Assembly (NCBI GenBank): GCA_964556185.1
Contig: CAZKVI010000003.1
Coordinates: 2,089-66,088 of the forward strand
Source: an uncultured Methanosarcinales archaeon
Lineage (GTDB): Archaea > Nanobdellota > Nanobdellia > Woesearchaeales > DSVV01
Direction of reading: 5' to 3'
Length of the DNA: 64,000 nt
Shown: piece by piece, positions 19,776 to 29,485 of the stretch
How the letters are laid out: each line of letters opens with the position of its first letter
Position numbering within the stretch: position 1 is the stretch's first letter
Translations under genes and position numbers: made by a program
Notes under the pieces: generated by a model
Seen by the model: the letters and a program-made list of their open reading frames with translations, nothing else
Told to the model about the DNA's origin: nothing
Database searches by the model: none

Positions 19776-19856
19776 TATGTACACCTCATAATCTTGATAA
19801 AGTTGATTAAATTACAATCATATATAAATTAATCGCTTAAAATTATTTATTCTAAT

Positions 19857-19877
19857 AGCGTAAACTTTATATATCTC
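19857..19877 (+). promoter_or_regulatory. BRE/TATA box (cgtaaacTTTATATAT) for the histone gene
   Basis: Consensus promoter about 25 bp upstream of the ATG at 19897 (leaderless). Confidence 0.5.
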
Positions 19878-19896
19878 TACATACTAAATCAACAAC

Positions 19897-20112
19897 ATGG
19901 GAACAAAAAGATCAACAATAATACCAAAAGCACCTTTAGCAAGAATTCTAATGAATGCAGGTGCAAAAAGAGTTTCAGCAGATGCAGTAAATGCACTAAC
20001 AGATGCAATGGAAGATTTCGCAGAAAGAATAGGAACACAATCTGTTAAAATCGCAAAACACTCAGGTAGAAAAACAGTACATGAAGGAGATGTTAAATTA
20101 GCTGCAAAATAA
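19897..20112 (+). CDS. archaeal histone (HMfB family) with short N-terminal extension
   Basis: PLARILMNAGAKRVSADAVNALTDAMEDFAERIGTQSVKIAKHSGRKTVHEGDVKLA (histone fold). Confidence 0.9.
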   Translation: MGTKRSTIIPKAPLARILMNAGAKRVSADAVNALTDAMEDFAERIGTQSVKIAKHSGRKTVHEGDVKLAAK

Positions 20113-20144
20113 GTTATTTCTTTTATTATTTAATTTAGAATTGA

Positions 20145-21065
20145 TTAAGCTGCAGGTCTAGGTTGTTGTTGACGTACTGGTCGAGGTCTTGCAGCAAGAT
20201 ATGTTCCAGTAGCATCTTCTAAAGAATATGCATGAACATCTATTCTTGTTTCTATTGTTGTAGTTGCATCAGCTTCAATAATTTTTGGTCTTGATCTAGC
20301 CTTAGCAGCACAAGCCATCATCGCATCAATTGTACTATTAGCTCTTGTTGATCCATCATATTTATTGAAAGCTCTCATTGTATATTGAAGTCTTTGATCT
20401 TCCATTCTTTGTTGTATCTGTAAATCTTCTTCACGAGCAGCATCTTCTGTTTCTCTATATCTATCAACTGCTGCAACTAAAGTAGATCTATTAACTTCTC
20501 TCTTAATAGGTTGCCTTAGTGGAACTACATTAGCAGGTCTTTCTAAATACTCATCAACTGCTGTAACTATTCCTGGTTTAGTACCAGAAGCTCTCCTACT
20601 ACCTACTAAATCTCCATAAGAATAACCTGTTGCAGCCCTTGTTCTTGCTCTTTGCTTAGCAGCTGTTTGAGAATATTGTCTAACTTGAGGTTTAGCATAA
20701 CTTTTTCCACCATATGCTGAAACCATATCTGCATGACTTGGACTATTTCCATAAGCTGATCTTCCAGAACGTACAGCAGGTTTTCTTTCTGAGTCTGCAT
20801 ATGTTATAGCAGGAAGATTTGCATACCATGTTCTATATGCTTGAGCTCCAGCTATTACTGCAGCACCTACCAAAGCAAATAATGATGAAGTTTTATCAAA
20901 TCCATAAGTTAATGCTTCATTAATACCAAAAAGAACTCCACCTAATCCAGCTGCTTGAGCTGTTCTAACCATCATTTCTGTAAGTAAATCTACTTCTCCT
21001 ACTGCTGACTCAACTACATCATCTATTGTTCTAGTTATTGAGGTCATCCCATATCTATTAAACAC
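20145..21065 (-). CDS. hypothetical protein with atypical composition (Ala/Arg/Thr/Gln-rich, about 3.5% Lys) and one hydrophobic segment
   Basis: Long ORF with locally higher GC. No recognisable domain. Confidence 0.45.
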   Translation of the reverse strand: MFNRYGMTSITRTIDDVVESAVGEVDLLTEMMVRTAQAAGLGGVLFGINEALTYGFDKTSSLFALVGAAVIAGAQAYRTWYANLPAITYADSERKPAVRSGRSAYGNSPSHADMVSAYGGKSYAKPQVRQYSQTAAKQRARTRAATGYSYGDLVGSRRASGTKPGIVTAVDEYLERPANVVPLRQPIKREVNRSTLVAAVDRYRETEDAAREEDLQIQQRMEDQRLQYTMRAFNKYDGSTRANSTIDAMMACAAKARSRPKIIEADATTTIETRIDVHAYSLEDATGTYLAARPRPVRQQQPRPAA

Positions 21066-21228
21066 TTCAATTATTTAAAATTTTACTTATTATCACCTAA
21101 AAGTTTATAAATAACCCCGAAAAAACAGACTATAGCCTGTGACTAATGAGAATCGAAAGGTTTGAATGAGGCCATAAGTTCTATTAGTCATTTACTATTA
21201 ATTAAAGGCATATTGGAGGTAAATAAAA

Positions 21229-21545
21229 TGGCAGACAATGATAAAGTATACGAAGCTATTGAAGTAGCAAAAGCTACTGGAAAAATTAGAAAAGGTACAA
21301 ATGAAGTTACAAAAGCAATTGAAAAAGGCAATGCAAAATTAGTTGCAGTTGCATCTGATGTTAATCCACCAGAAATTACAATGCATCTTCCTTTATTATC
21401 AAAAGAAAAAGGTGTTCCATGTTTTACAGTTGGAAATAGAGAAGAACTTGGAGCTGCTGCTGGTTTAGGAGTTTCTACAACTGCTGTTGCAATTGTTCAA
21501 GAAGGAGAAGCAAAAAACCTTATTGGAAGATTATCTAAAGAATAA
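21229..21545 (+). CDS. rpl7ae: 50S ribosomal protein L7Ae
   Basis: [29 protein letters not shown]...VPCFTV. GGAGG ribosome-binding site. Confidence 0.9.
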
Positions 21546-21556
21546 GGTGTAATAAG

Positions 21557-21847
21557 ATGGCAGCAATAAAGAAAATGGTTAAAAAACCTGGCAAAGAAGA
21601 AGCCTCTGCAAAAGGTCAAGTTAATTTTTCTTATGCAGTTCCTGCAAAAGTTGAAGAAGTAATTGGCAGAACTGGATCAAGAGGAGAAGCTACTCAAGTA
21701 AGATGCAGGGTTTTAGATGGTCGTGATAAAAACAAAGTATTGAGAAGAAATGTTAAAGGTCCTGTTCAAAAAGATGATGTGTTAATGTTAAGGGAAACAG
21801 AAATCGAAGCTAGACCATTAACAAAAGCAGGAAGAGGACAAGGGTGA
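21557..21847 (+). CDS. rps28e: 30S ribosomal protein S28e
   Basis: [46 protein letters not shown]. Confidence 0.9.
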   Translation: MAAIKKMVKKPGKEEASAKGQVNFSYAVPAKVEEVIGRTGSRGEATQVRCRVLDGRDKNKVLRRNVKGPVQKDDVLMLRETEIEARPLTKAGRGQG

Positions 21848-21852
21848 TTATA

Positions 21853-22035
21853 ATGGTTAAATGTACTTTTTGTGCAAACGAATTCCCTAAAGGAACTGGA
21901 AAGATCTTTGTTAAAAAAGATGGAAAAATATTTTATTTTTGTTCAAGCAAATGCGAAAAAAGTCTCTTAAAATTAAAGAGAAATCCAAGAAAAACTTCAT
22001 GGACAGAAACATGGAGAAAAATAAAAAAGAAATAG
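21853..22035 (+). CDS. rpl24e: 50S ribosomal protein L24e
   Basis: MVKCTFCANEFPKGTGKIFVKKDGKIFYFCSSKCEKS. Confidence 0.85.
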   Translation: MVKCTFCANEFPKGTGKIFVKKDGKIFYFCSSKCEKSLLKLKRNPRKTSWTETWRKIKKK

Positions 22036-22524
22036 GTGATGTTAATGATTCAACAAACATTAGTTTTACTAAAACCTGATGCAGTCGAAAGAGGACTTAC
22101 AGGTAGAATAATTGATAGGTTTGAAACAGCTGGATTAAAACTTATAGCTATGAAAATGGTTTGGATTGATAAGGAGTTTTCAAAAAAGCATTACAAAGCT
22201 CACGTCGACAAACCTTTTTATGCAGGTCTTGAAGAATTTATTGTTTCAGGTCCAGTAGTTGCAATAGCTATTGAAGGTATTGAAGCTGTTGAACTTGTAA
22301 GAAAAATGGTTGGTGCAACAGAACCAAAAGCTGCTCAACCTGGTACAATTAGAGGAGATTTTTCACATCACTCTTATGGTTATGCTGACGAAAAAGGCAT
22401 AGCAATCAAAAACCTAGTTCATGCTTCTGGTAGCTTAGATGATGCTAAAGAAGAAATGAAAATTTGGTTTACAGAAGAAGAACTACATAAATATGATTTA
22501 GTTCATGAAAAACATACAAGATAA
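22036..22524 (+). CDS. ndk: nucleoside diphosphate kinase
   Basis: LVLLKPDAVERGLTGRIIDRFE...; NDK catalytic His region. Confidence 0.9.
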   Translation: MMLMIQQTLVLLKPDAVERGLTGRIIDRFETAGLKLIAMKMVWIDKEFSKKHYKAHVDKPFYAGLEEFIVSGPVVAIAIEGIEAVELVRKMVGATEPKAAQPGTIRGDFSHHSYGYADEKGIAIKNLVHASGSLDDAKEEMKIWFTEEELHKYDLVHEKHTR

Positions 22525-22549
22525 ACAAAAGAATTAGTGAGGTAGTAAA

Positions 22550-24718
22550 ATGGGAGAAAAGATGGTAGATAGGGTTACAAGAAGTATGAAGAACAAAGAA
22601 CAAATTAGAAATATTGCTATTTGTGCTCATATTGATCATGGTAAAACAACATTCTCAGATAACTTATTAGCAGGAGCAGGAATGTTGAGTGAAGAAATCG
22701 CAGGAAAAGCTTGTGTTCTTGATTTTCACGATGACGAACAAGAAAGAGGAATCACAATTGATTCTGCAAGTGTATCTATGGTTCACACTTTCAAAGAAAA
22801 AGATTACTTAATTAACTTAATTGATACTCCTGGTCACGTTGATTTTGGTGGAGACGTTACAAGAGCAATGCGTGCAGTTGATGGTGCAATTGTTTTAGTA
22901 GACGCTGTTGAAGGTGTTATGCCACAAACAGAAACAGTTCTAAGACAAGCATTAAAAGAAAGAGTTAAACCAATACTTTTCATTAATAAATCTGATAGAT
23001 TAATCAAAGAATTACAATTAACACCAGAACAAATGCAAGAAAAGTTTGTCAAAGTGATTACACATGTTAATAAATTAATCAAAGATATTGCAGGCGAAGA
23101 ACTTGGAAACAAATGGCAAGTTAATGTTCAAGACGGTTCTGTTTGTTTTGGATCTGCTTTCCACAATTGGGCACTTTCTATTGACTACATGCAGTCAAAA
23201 GGAATTTCTTTTAAAGATATTATTGATGCTTATGAAGCAGGCGAAGAAGCTTACAAAGAACTTGGAAAAAAAGCACCTTTGCATGAAGTTATCTTAAATT
23301 CTGTTATTACACATCTACCAAATCCAGATGAAGCTCAAAGATATAGAATTCCAAAGCTTTGGAGAGGAGATATGGAAAGTGAAGACGGAAAAGGATTAAT
23401 ATCATGTGATCCAAATGGCCCTTTATTTTTTATAATTACAAAAATTGTTGTTGATCCTCAAGCAGGAGAAATCTCTGCCGGTAGATTATTCTCAGGAACA
23501 ATGAAAAAAGGGACACCTGTTTACTTAAACAGAGCAAAGTGTAATTTAAGAGTACAACAAGTGTTTATTTACAATGGATCTAAAAGAGAAATTGTCGACG
23601 AGGTTCCAGCAGGAAACATTATTGGTGTAGCTGGATTAAAAGCAGCTCCTGGAGAAACAATTACATTAGAACCTTCAGAACCTTTTGAAGAAATTAAACA
23701 CATTTTTGATCCTGTTGTTACAAAAGCAATTGAAGCAGCAAGACCAAGCGATCTTCCAAAATTAATTGAAGTCTTAAGAATGGTTCAAAAAGAAGATCCA
23801 ACAATTAAAATTGAAATTAATGAAGAAACAGGCGAACATTTAATGAGTGGAATGGGTGAACTACACCTGGAAGTAATTGAAAATAGAATTAAGACAGAGA
23901 AAAATGTAGAAGTAAAGACTTCACCACCTGTTGTTGTTTACAGAGAAACCATTACAAAAACATCTGAAATATTTATGGGTAAATCCCCTAATAAACACAA
24001 CCATTTATTCTTTAGTGTGGAACCAGTTCCACAAGCTGTAGCTGATGCAATTAAGTCTGGCGACATCCCATCTGGAAGAATAAAGAAAAAAGACATTGAA
24101 TTAAGAGACAAATTGGTTGATTTAGGAATGGACTCTAAAATGGCTTCACAAGTTAAAAATATTCATGAAGGAAATATGTTATTTGAAACCACACGTGGTC
24201 AAGTACATATTGGAGAAATCATGGAAATGGTTAACGATATGTTTGAAGATGTTATGCATGCAGGTCCAGTTGCTAGAGAACCATGTACAGGAGTTTTAGT
24301 GAAATTTGTTGATTGTAAATTACATGAAGATGCTATTCACAGAGGTCCTGCACAAATGTACCCAGCAATTAGAGAAGGTATTAGAGAAGCAATGGCACAT
24401 GCAAAACCAATGATCTTTGAACCAGTACAAACCCTTCAATTCGAGGCTCCTGAAGAATTTATGGGAGAAGTTTCCAAATTAATCTCTAACAAAAGAGGAC
24501 AACTATTAGACATGCAACAAGATGCAGGTACAGTAGTTGTAAAAGGTAAAATGCCAGTTGGAGAAATGTTTGGGTTAAGTAATGATCTTAGATCTGCAAC
24601 AGGGGGAAGAGGAAGCTCTTCTTTAGTTGATCAGACATTCGAAAGACTACCTGATGAATTACAGCAAAAGATCATAAAACAAATTAGAGATAGAAAAGGG
24701 CTAACAGATGCTCAATAA
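22550..24718 (+). CDS. fusA: elongation factor 2 (aEF-2)
   Basis: AHIDHGKTT G-domain; diphthamide-loop HRG (DAIHRGPAQ); 722 aa. Confidence 0.95.
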   Translation: MGEKMVDRVTRSMKNKEQIRNIAICAHIDHGKTTFSDNLLAGAGMLSEEIAGKACVLDFHDDEQERGITIDSASVSMVHTFKEKDYLINLIDTPGHVDFGGDVTRAMRAVDGAIVLVDAVEGVMPQTETVLRQALKERVKPILFINKSDRLIKELQLTPEQMQEKFVKVITHVNKLIKDIAGEELGNKWQVNVQDGSVCFGSAFHNWALSIDYMQSKGISFKDIIDAYEAGEEAYKELGKKAPLHEVILNSVITHLPNPDEAQRYRIPKLWRGDMESEDGKGLISCDPNGPLFFIITKIVVDPQAGEISAGRLFSGTMKKGTPVYLNRAKCNLRVQQVFIYNGSKREIVDEVPAGNIIGVAGLKAAPGETITLEPSEPFEEIKHIFDPVVTKAIEAARPSDLPKLIEVLRMVQKEDPTIKIEINEETGEHLMSGMGELHLEVIENRIKTEKNVEVKTSPPVVVYRETITKTSEIFMGKSPNKHNHLFFSVEPVPQAVADAIKSGDIPSGRIKKKDIELRDKLVDLGMDSKMASQVKNIHEGNMLFETTRGQVHIGEIMEMVNDMFEDVMHAGPVAREPCTGVLVKFVDCKLHEDAIHRGPAQMYPAIREGIREAMAHAKPMIFEPVQTLQFEAPEEFMGEVSKLISNKRGQLLDMQQDAGTVVVKGKMPVGEMFGLSNDLRSATGGRGSSSLVDQTFERLPDELQQKIIKQIRDRKGLTDAQ

Positions 24719-24738
24719 TTCTTTCTTTATTTTTCTTA

Positions 24739-26331
24739 TTATTTTTTCAATTGCTCAGATTTAGCAAAATCTCTATTTGCTTCATCTTGTCTATCCATCC
24801 TTTCTAGTGCACAACCTCTATTGTTATAACATGTAGCCAAGAATTCATCTGAAACGTCTTCTGCTTTATCAATTACAATTGAATATTGTTCAAATGCATT
24901 TTCATTATCTCCTTTTTTAAGGTAAGCATATCCTAATCCTGATATTGCATCATAATCATCTGGTTCTAATTTTAATTGTTCAAATCTACACTCAATAGCT
25001 AAATCATATTCTTCTAAGCTTACAGCTGCAACTGCAGCATTATTATAAACAGCTTTTTGTGTTCCTTCCTCTAATTCATTTCTAACTTCTATTAATATTT
25101 TATAATGACGTAGTGCATCTTCTTTATTTCCAAGTTCTCCATTAGCATAAGCTACACCAAAACGTGCATCATGATTATTTGGATCAAAAGCAAGTAAATA
25201 ATAACCATCTACAATAGCACCTTTCCAATCACCGACTTCTCTTCTTGCACCAAAACTATTAGTTCGTATATACATACAATTAGGAAATAAAGAACTTGCT
25301 CTATTCAAACAATCAGAAGCTTTTTCCATACATTGCTCTTTTTCACCTTCTTCAGCAATATCAGATCTTACTATCCATTCATATCCTAAGTTCCCATACA
25401 TAATTCCAGCAATTTGTTTTTTATTAAGACCTTTCATATATCCTCCTCTTTCTAATTCATCTCTACCTAAACCAAATTCTTCAATATATTCTTCATCACT
25501 CCTTGCAATTCCTGCAGTAGTTTCCCAATTCACATGACTACCATCAAATTTCCCCCATCTTACAAACATATGTTCTGGGCCTAATACAGCTTCAATAGGG
25601 AAATTAAGTACTTGCCCAATTGCAAGATAAATCATTGACATATTGTCACAATCCATTTGGTAAAATCCTTGACTATATTTTTCTATTTTTCTTCTTCTTG
25701 AACCTCTTCTATATTCACTAAGGAAAGAGAAATAACCAGAAGGAGATTGAGTACGTAAAATATGATCATTTATGAAATCATTTACTTCTTCTGATGCTTC
25801 TGTAAATTCATCTCCTTCAAAATCAATAATTTTTTGAGCATTTCCTTCATCTTTTAGATATTCTACAATTTCTCCTTCTTGTTTTGTAAATGCTGAACCT
25901 AGTCTATTATTTTCTTTATAAACAACATTAAATATATCAGAAAGAGCTTCATCAATCCATCCCATAATCTTTCTTATGTCATCTAGATCATATGTTTCTA
26001 TCATTTCACTACTAAAAGCTGAGTCAACTCCTTCCTCACCAAGCCTTGAACCTAAAGATACTCTTTCTGGGCTTGCAATTTCTGCTTTATATTTTGTTCT
26101 AATTTCATGAATAACAGAATCTAAGAAATCATAATTTTCTTGAGTTACTTCAAAACCTTGTAGATGTTCAGCATCTAAAAATGAATGAGCATATGTATTA
26201 TATCTAGAATCAAATCCAGATCTTTCTCTCTCAATTGCCAAGGCTGTAACAGGTGCAAAACTAGTCACAATTGCTGCCAAACCAGCTGCAGCTCCACTAG
26301 CACCCAAAAACCACCTTCTACTCCTTTCCAT
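24739..26331 (-). CDS. Tat-signal transglutaminase-like cysteine protease-fold protein with C-terminal TPR repeats
   Basis: SRRWFLGASGAAAGLAA (twin-arginine signal motif). Cys-His-Asp core QMDCDNMSMIYL...PEHMFVRWG...NWETT. TPR-like C-terminus. Confidence 0.55.
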   Translation of the reverse strand: MERSRRWFLGASGAAAGLAAIVTSFAPVTALAIERERSGFDSRYNTYAHSFLDAEHLQGFEVTQENYDFLDSVIHEIRTKYKAEIASPERVSLGSRLGEEGVDSAFSSEMIETYDLDDIRKIMGWIDEALSDIFNVVYKENNRLGSAFTKQEGEIVEYLKDEGNAQKIIDFEGDEFTEASEEVNDFINDHILRTQSPSGYFSFLSEYRRGSRRRKIEKYSQGFYQMDCDNMSMIYLAIGQVLNFPIEAVLGPEHMFVRWGKFDGSHVNWETTAGIARSDEEYIEEFGLGRDELERGGYMKGLNKKQIAGIMYGNLGYEWIVRSDIAEEGEKEQCMEKASDCLNRASSLFPNCMYIRTNSFGARREVGDWKGAIVDGYYLLAFDPNNHDARFGVAYANGELGNKEDALRHYKILIEVRNELEEGTQKAVYNNAAVAAVSLEEYDLAIECRFEQLKLEPDDYDAISGLGYAYLKKGDNENAFEQYSIVIDKAEDVSDEFLATCYNNRGCALERMDRQDEANRDFAKSEQLKK

Positions 26332-26569
26332 TAAATCAAGGAATAAATTGGCTATATATAATCCTTTCTATAGCGTATTATTTCTAAGTAAATACGCTTT
26401 ATTCAGCTAAAAAACCCAAAAAAAGCCCATTTTCAGCTTTAGAATACGTAACCTTTTTAAATCACTGAAATTTTATCCCTAATACATAAAAAGAGGCAAA
26501 GAAGCCTTTAAATCATGAATAGGGCTCAATTAAGGCTCAAAATCAAGAAAACAGTTGGAGGAATAGAGA

Positions 26570-27862
26570 ATGGCAGATAAAAAAATCCATATAAACCTTG
26601 TTTTTATCGGACACGTCGATCACGGTAAATCCACTACAGTAGGAAGACTACTTTTCGATTCAGGAAATATTGATGAAGCAGCAATGAGAAAGTTAAAAGA
26701 CAAAGCACAAGAGCTTGGAAAAGGTGGCTTTGAATTCGCTTTTGTCATGGACAACTTAAAAGAAGAAAGAGAAAGAGGAGTTACAATTGATCTAGCTCAC
26801 AAAAAGTTTGAGACAGACAAATACTACTTCACTATTATCGATGCACCAGGTCACAAGGACTTTATCAAGAACATGATTACAGGAGCATCACAAGCAGATG
26901 CAGGTGTTTTAGTTGTAGCTGCAAATGATGGTGTAAATGCACAAACAAAAGAACACGTCTTCTTATCCAAAACACTTGGAGTTAACCAATTAATTGTTGC
27001 AGTTAACAAAATGGATATCTCAGGTGTTGACTATGCTGAAGCAAAATTCAATTCAGTTCAAGAAGAAGTAGGAACACTTTTGAAATCAGTAGGTTATAAA
27101 GCAGATGAAATTCCATTTGTAGCAATCGCTTCTTTACCAGGAGATAATGTTGTTAAGAAAACAGACAAAATGCCATGGTATAAAGGAAAATCATTATTAG
27201 AAACAATCAATGATCTTAAGGAACCTGAAAAACCAACAGAACTTCCACTAAGACTTCCAATCCAAGATGTTTATAACATCACAGGTATTGGTGTTGTCCC
27301 AGTTGGAAGAGTTGAAACAGGTGTACTAAAAGTTGGACAAAAAGTTGTAGCAATTCCAGGAAGAGAAGGAAAAGGAGTTCCAGGCGAAGTTAAATCTATT
27401 GAGATGCATCACGAACAATTACAAGAAGCTGTTCCAGGTGACAACTGCGGATTTAATGTTCGAGGCTTTGGAAAAACAGACATTGCAAGAGGCGATGTTA
27501 TTGGTCCAGCAGATAATGCACCAACATTAGCAACAGAATTCACAGCACAAATTGTTGTGTTAAATCATCCATCTGTTGTAACTGTCGGTTACACACCAGT
27601 ATTCCACATACATACAGCTCAAGTTGCATGTCAAATTACAGCAATTGAGAAAAAGCTAAATCCAGCAACTGGAGAAGTTTTAGCAGAAAATCCTGACTTC
27701 ATCAAAAATGGTGACGCAGCAATTGTTAAAATTAAACCAGTACAACCTTTAGTAATTGAAACACAAAAGGAAATTCCACAACTTTCAAGATTCGCAATCA
27801 GGGATTCCGGTGCAACAGTTGCAGCAGGTATGTGTACAGCTTTAACTAAAAAGGAACTTTAA
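26570..27862 (+). CDS. tuf: elongation factor 1-alpha (aEF-1A)
   Basis: [21 protein letters not shown] motifs. GGAGG ribosome-binding site. Confidence 0.95.
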   Translation: MADKKIHINLVFIGHVDHGKSTTVGRLLFDSGNIDEAAMRKLKDKAQELGKGGFEFAFVMDNLKEERERGVTIDLAHKKFETDKYYFTIIDAPGHKDFIKNMITGASQADAGVLVVAANDGVNAQTKEHVFLSKTLGVNQLIVAVNKMDISGVDYAEAKFNSVQEEVGTLLKSVGYKADEIPFVAIASLPGDNVVKKTDKMPWYKGKSLLETINDLKEPEKPTELPLRLPIQDVYNITGIGVVPVGRVETGVLKVGQKVVAIPGREGKGVPGEVKSIEMHHEQLQEAVPGDNCGFNVRGFGKTDIARGDVIGPADNAPTLATEFTAQIVVLNHPSVVTVGYTPVFHIHTAQVACQITAIEKKLNPATGEVLAENPDFIKNGDAAIVKIKPVQPLVIETQKEIPQLSRFAIRDSGATVAAGMCTALTKKEL

Positions 27863-27926
27863 ACCTTTTTATTTTATTTTATTTTTTTCATGATCATTCA
27901 CACGGTTTTCATGAGGTAAACAGAGA

Positions 27927-28235
27927 ATGCAAAAAGCAAGAATAAAGATAGCAAGTACAGACATAGACAAGATTAATAATACTTGTAGGTATATTTCTGA
28001 TATAGCTGATAAAACTGGTGTTGATATGCGTGGTCCTATTCCTTTACCAACTAAAAAATTAAAATTAACTACTCGTAAAACTCCTTGCGGAGACGGAAAA
28101 GCTTCCTGGGAAAGATACGAAATGCGAATTCATAAAAGATTCATTGATCTCGGCTTAGATGAAAGAGCTTTAAGATTGGTTATGAGGGTACCAATACCTG
28201 AAGGCTTGAACATAGAAATTGAAATGATTGATTAA
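27927..28235 (+). CDS. rps10: 30S ribosomal protein S10 (uS10)
   Basis: KARIKIASTDIDKINNTCRYI... Conserved EF1A-S10 gene order. Confidence 0.9.
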   Translation: MQKARIKIASTDIDKINNTCRYISDIADKTGVDMRGPIPLPTKKLKLTTRKTPCGDGKASWERYEMRIHKRFIDLGLDERALRLVMRVPIPEGLNIEIEMID

Positions 28236-28297
28236 GTTTGTTCTTGATTAACTCTTAGAATTGAGGCCGAAAGGCTCGAAGTCGAAGACTTCGCCCG

Positions 28298-28336
28298 CCT
28301 GAAGGCTTGAACATTGAGATTGAAATGATAGACTGA
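28298..28336 (+). repeat. degenerate 39-bp direct repeat of the S10 gene 3' end (about 34/39 identical to 28197-28235)
   Basis: cctgaaggcttgaacatTgaGattgaaatgatAgaCtga versus the gene end cctgaaggcttgaacatagaaattgaaatgattgattaa. The 62-bp insert between the copies holds a GAA-triloop hairpin. Confidence 0.7.
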
Positions 28337-28390
28337 TTCTACCCAAAAGCTTTTATTTGATACTTGATTTCTCTCTATTTAGGGTGCAAA

Positions 28391-28828
28391 ATGGCTAAAG
28401 TTAAGAGTAATGCAATTGGAAAACTTGAAGATGGTACTGAAGATAATAGAGCATATAATGCATTGGTTCGTCAATATGGTGTTGCATTTAAAGAATTATA
28501 TGATAATTTTCCAAGAGAACCAAAACCAAGATTAGGTCTTTATATGATGAGTATTAAAAGACCTGAAGGAGTCTTACGTCTTACACCAGGGGTTGTTGGT
28601 AGTTCATCAGATGGGATCCAGAAAAGAGTTCAAGCACATCTAGGAAAATGCTTAGATCAAATTGGATTAGATGATTTATGTATGGACGTTTTTACAGTTT
28701 CTTGTAATAGTACGAGCAGTGTTTGTGAAATAACTCCTTACACACTTGAAGCTAGAGCTTATTTAAAACATTATGGACAACAAATACTTGTTCCAGAAAT
28801 GCGAAGATTAAGATCTCAATCAAAATAA
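28391..28828 (+). CDS. hypothetical protein
   Basis: ORF with internal ATG start (MAKVKSN). No recognised domain. Confidence 0.3.
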   Translation: MAKVKSNAIGKLEDGTEDNRAYNALVRQYGVAFKELYDNFPREPKPRLGLYMMSIKRPEGVLRLTPGVVGSSSDGIQKRVQAHLGKCLDQIGLDDLCMDVFTVSCNSTSSVCEITPYTLEARAYLKHYGQQILVPEMRRLRSQSK

Positions 28829-29232
28829 TCTTCATAAGCAAATTTTCTTTTTTCAAATGTACAAGATCCTTTGTCTTCAATAACATTTCCATCTAGAGAA
28901 TTCCTAAATCTAGCAATTAATGCATTACAATCACTACATCTTCGAAAACAAGTTCCAATTTCCACTTCAAAACCTTTTTCATTTAATTGTTTTAACTTAG
29001 TTGGCACTTCTGCTCTTTCTCTGAAGACATTATAAACATTATGAACAAAAGAAGAATCAATTATTGCATCAGAGAGTCTAATTTGAAGTTTACATTTCTT
29101 AGGTGCTTTAGTTTCAACAACATCTTTCCTTATAAGGATACATCTAGAATTCTTTAGTCTATTCTCTCTATCTTGCTTTTGCTTTGCAAACTTATCAGGA
29201 AGTTTAATACTTCCATCAGGATTGAATTCCAT
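28816..29232 (-). CDS. hypothetical Cys-containing protein (5' end trimmed to avoid the tRNA)
   Basis: The ORF-track N-terminus overlaps tRNA-Lys. Internal start MEFNPDGS chosen. Contains CFRRCSDC. Confidence 0.35.
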   Translation of the reverse strand: MEFNPDGSIKLPDKFAKQKQDRENRLKNSRCILIRKDVVETKAPKKCKLQIRLSDAIIDSSFVHNVYNVFRERAEVPTKLKQLNEKGFEVEIGTCFRRCSDCNALIARFRNSLDGNVIEDKGSCTFEKRKFAYEDYFD

Positions 29233-29236
29233 TTTA

Positions 29237-29356
29237 CGGGCCCACGGGGATTCGAACCCCGGGCCTATGGCTGTCTGTGCGTAAGCAAAGACCCAGTGGA
29301 TCTTTGATCCTAACGCGTAAGAGGCCACCGCTCTAACCAGGCTGAGCTATGAGCCC
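29237..29356 (-). tRNA. tRNA-Lys(CUU) with about 45-nt intron after position 37
   Basis: Manual fold: GGGCTCA/TGGGCCC acceptor, GCTC/GAGC D-stem, GTGGC/GCCAT anticodon stem, loop CU-CUU-A, T-arm CGGGG-TTCGAAT-CCCCG, discriminator G. Confidence 0.7.
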
Positions 29357-29443
29357 ATAAAGGGCTTGACTGACCAAAGGGAAGGAAACCCTTCTTGCGT
29401 GTCGACCGAGCGTAACCAGTCGCCACGGGTGAGATTGAGCCCA
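29357..29443 (-). ncRNA. GC-rich structured segment immediately 5' of tRNA-Lys; also begins GGGCUCA; identity unknown
   Basis: Local GC above 50% with stems (AAGGG...CCCTT). No T-arm, so not called as a tRNA. Confidence 0.2.
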
Positions 29444-29485
29444 TATTATTCTCAGAATTAAATATTAATTTATAAAAGTTCTTGA

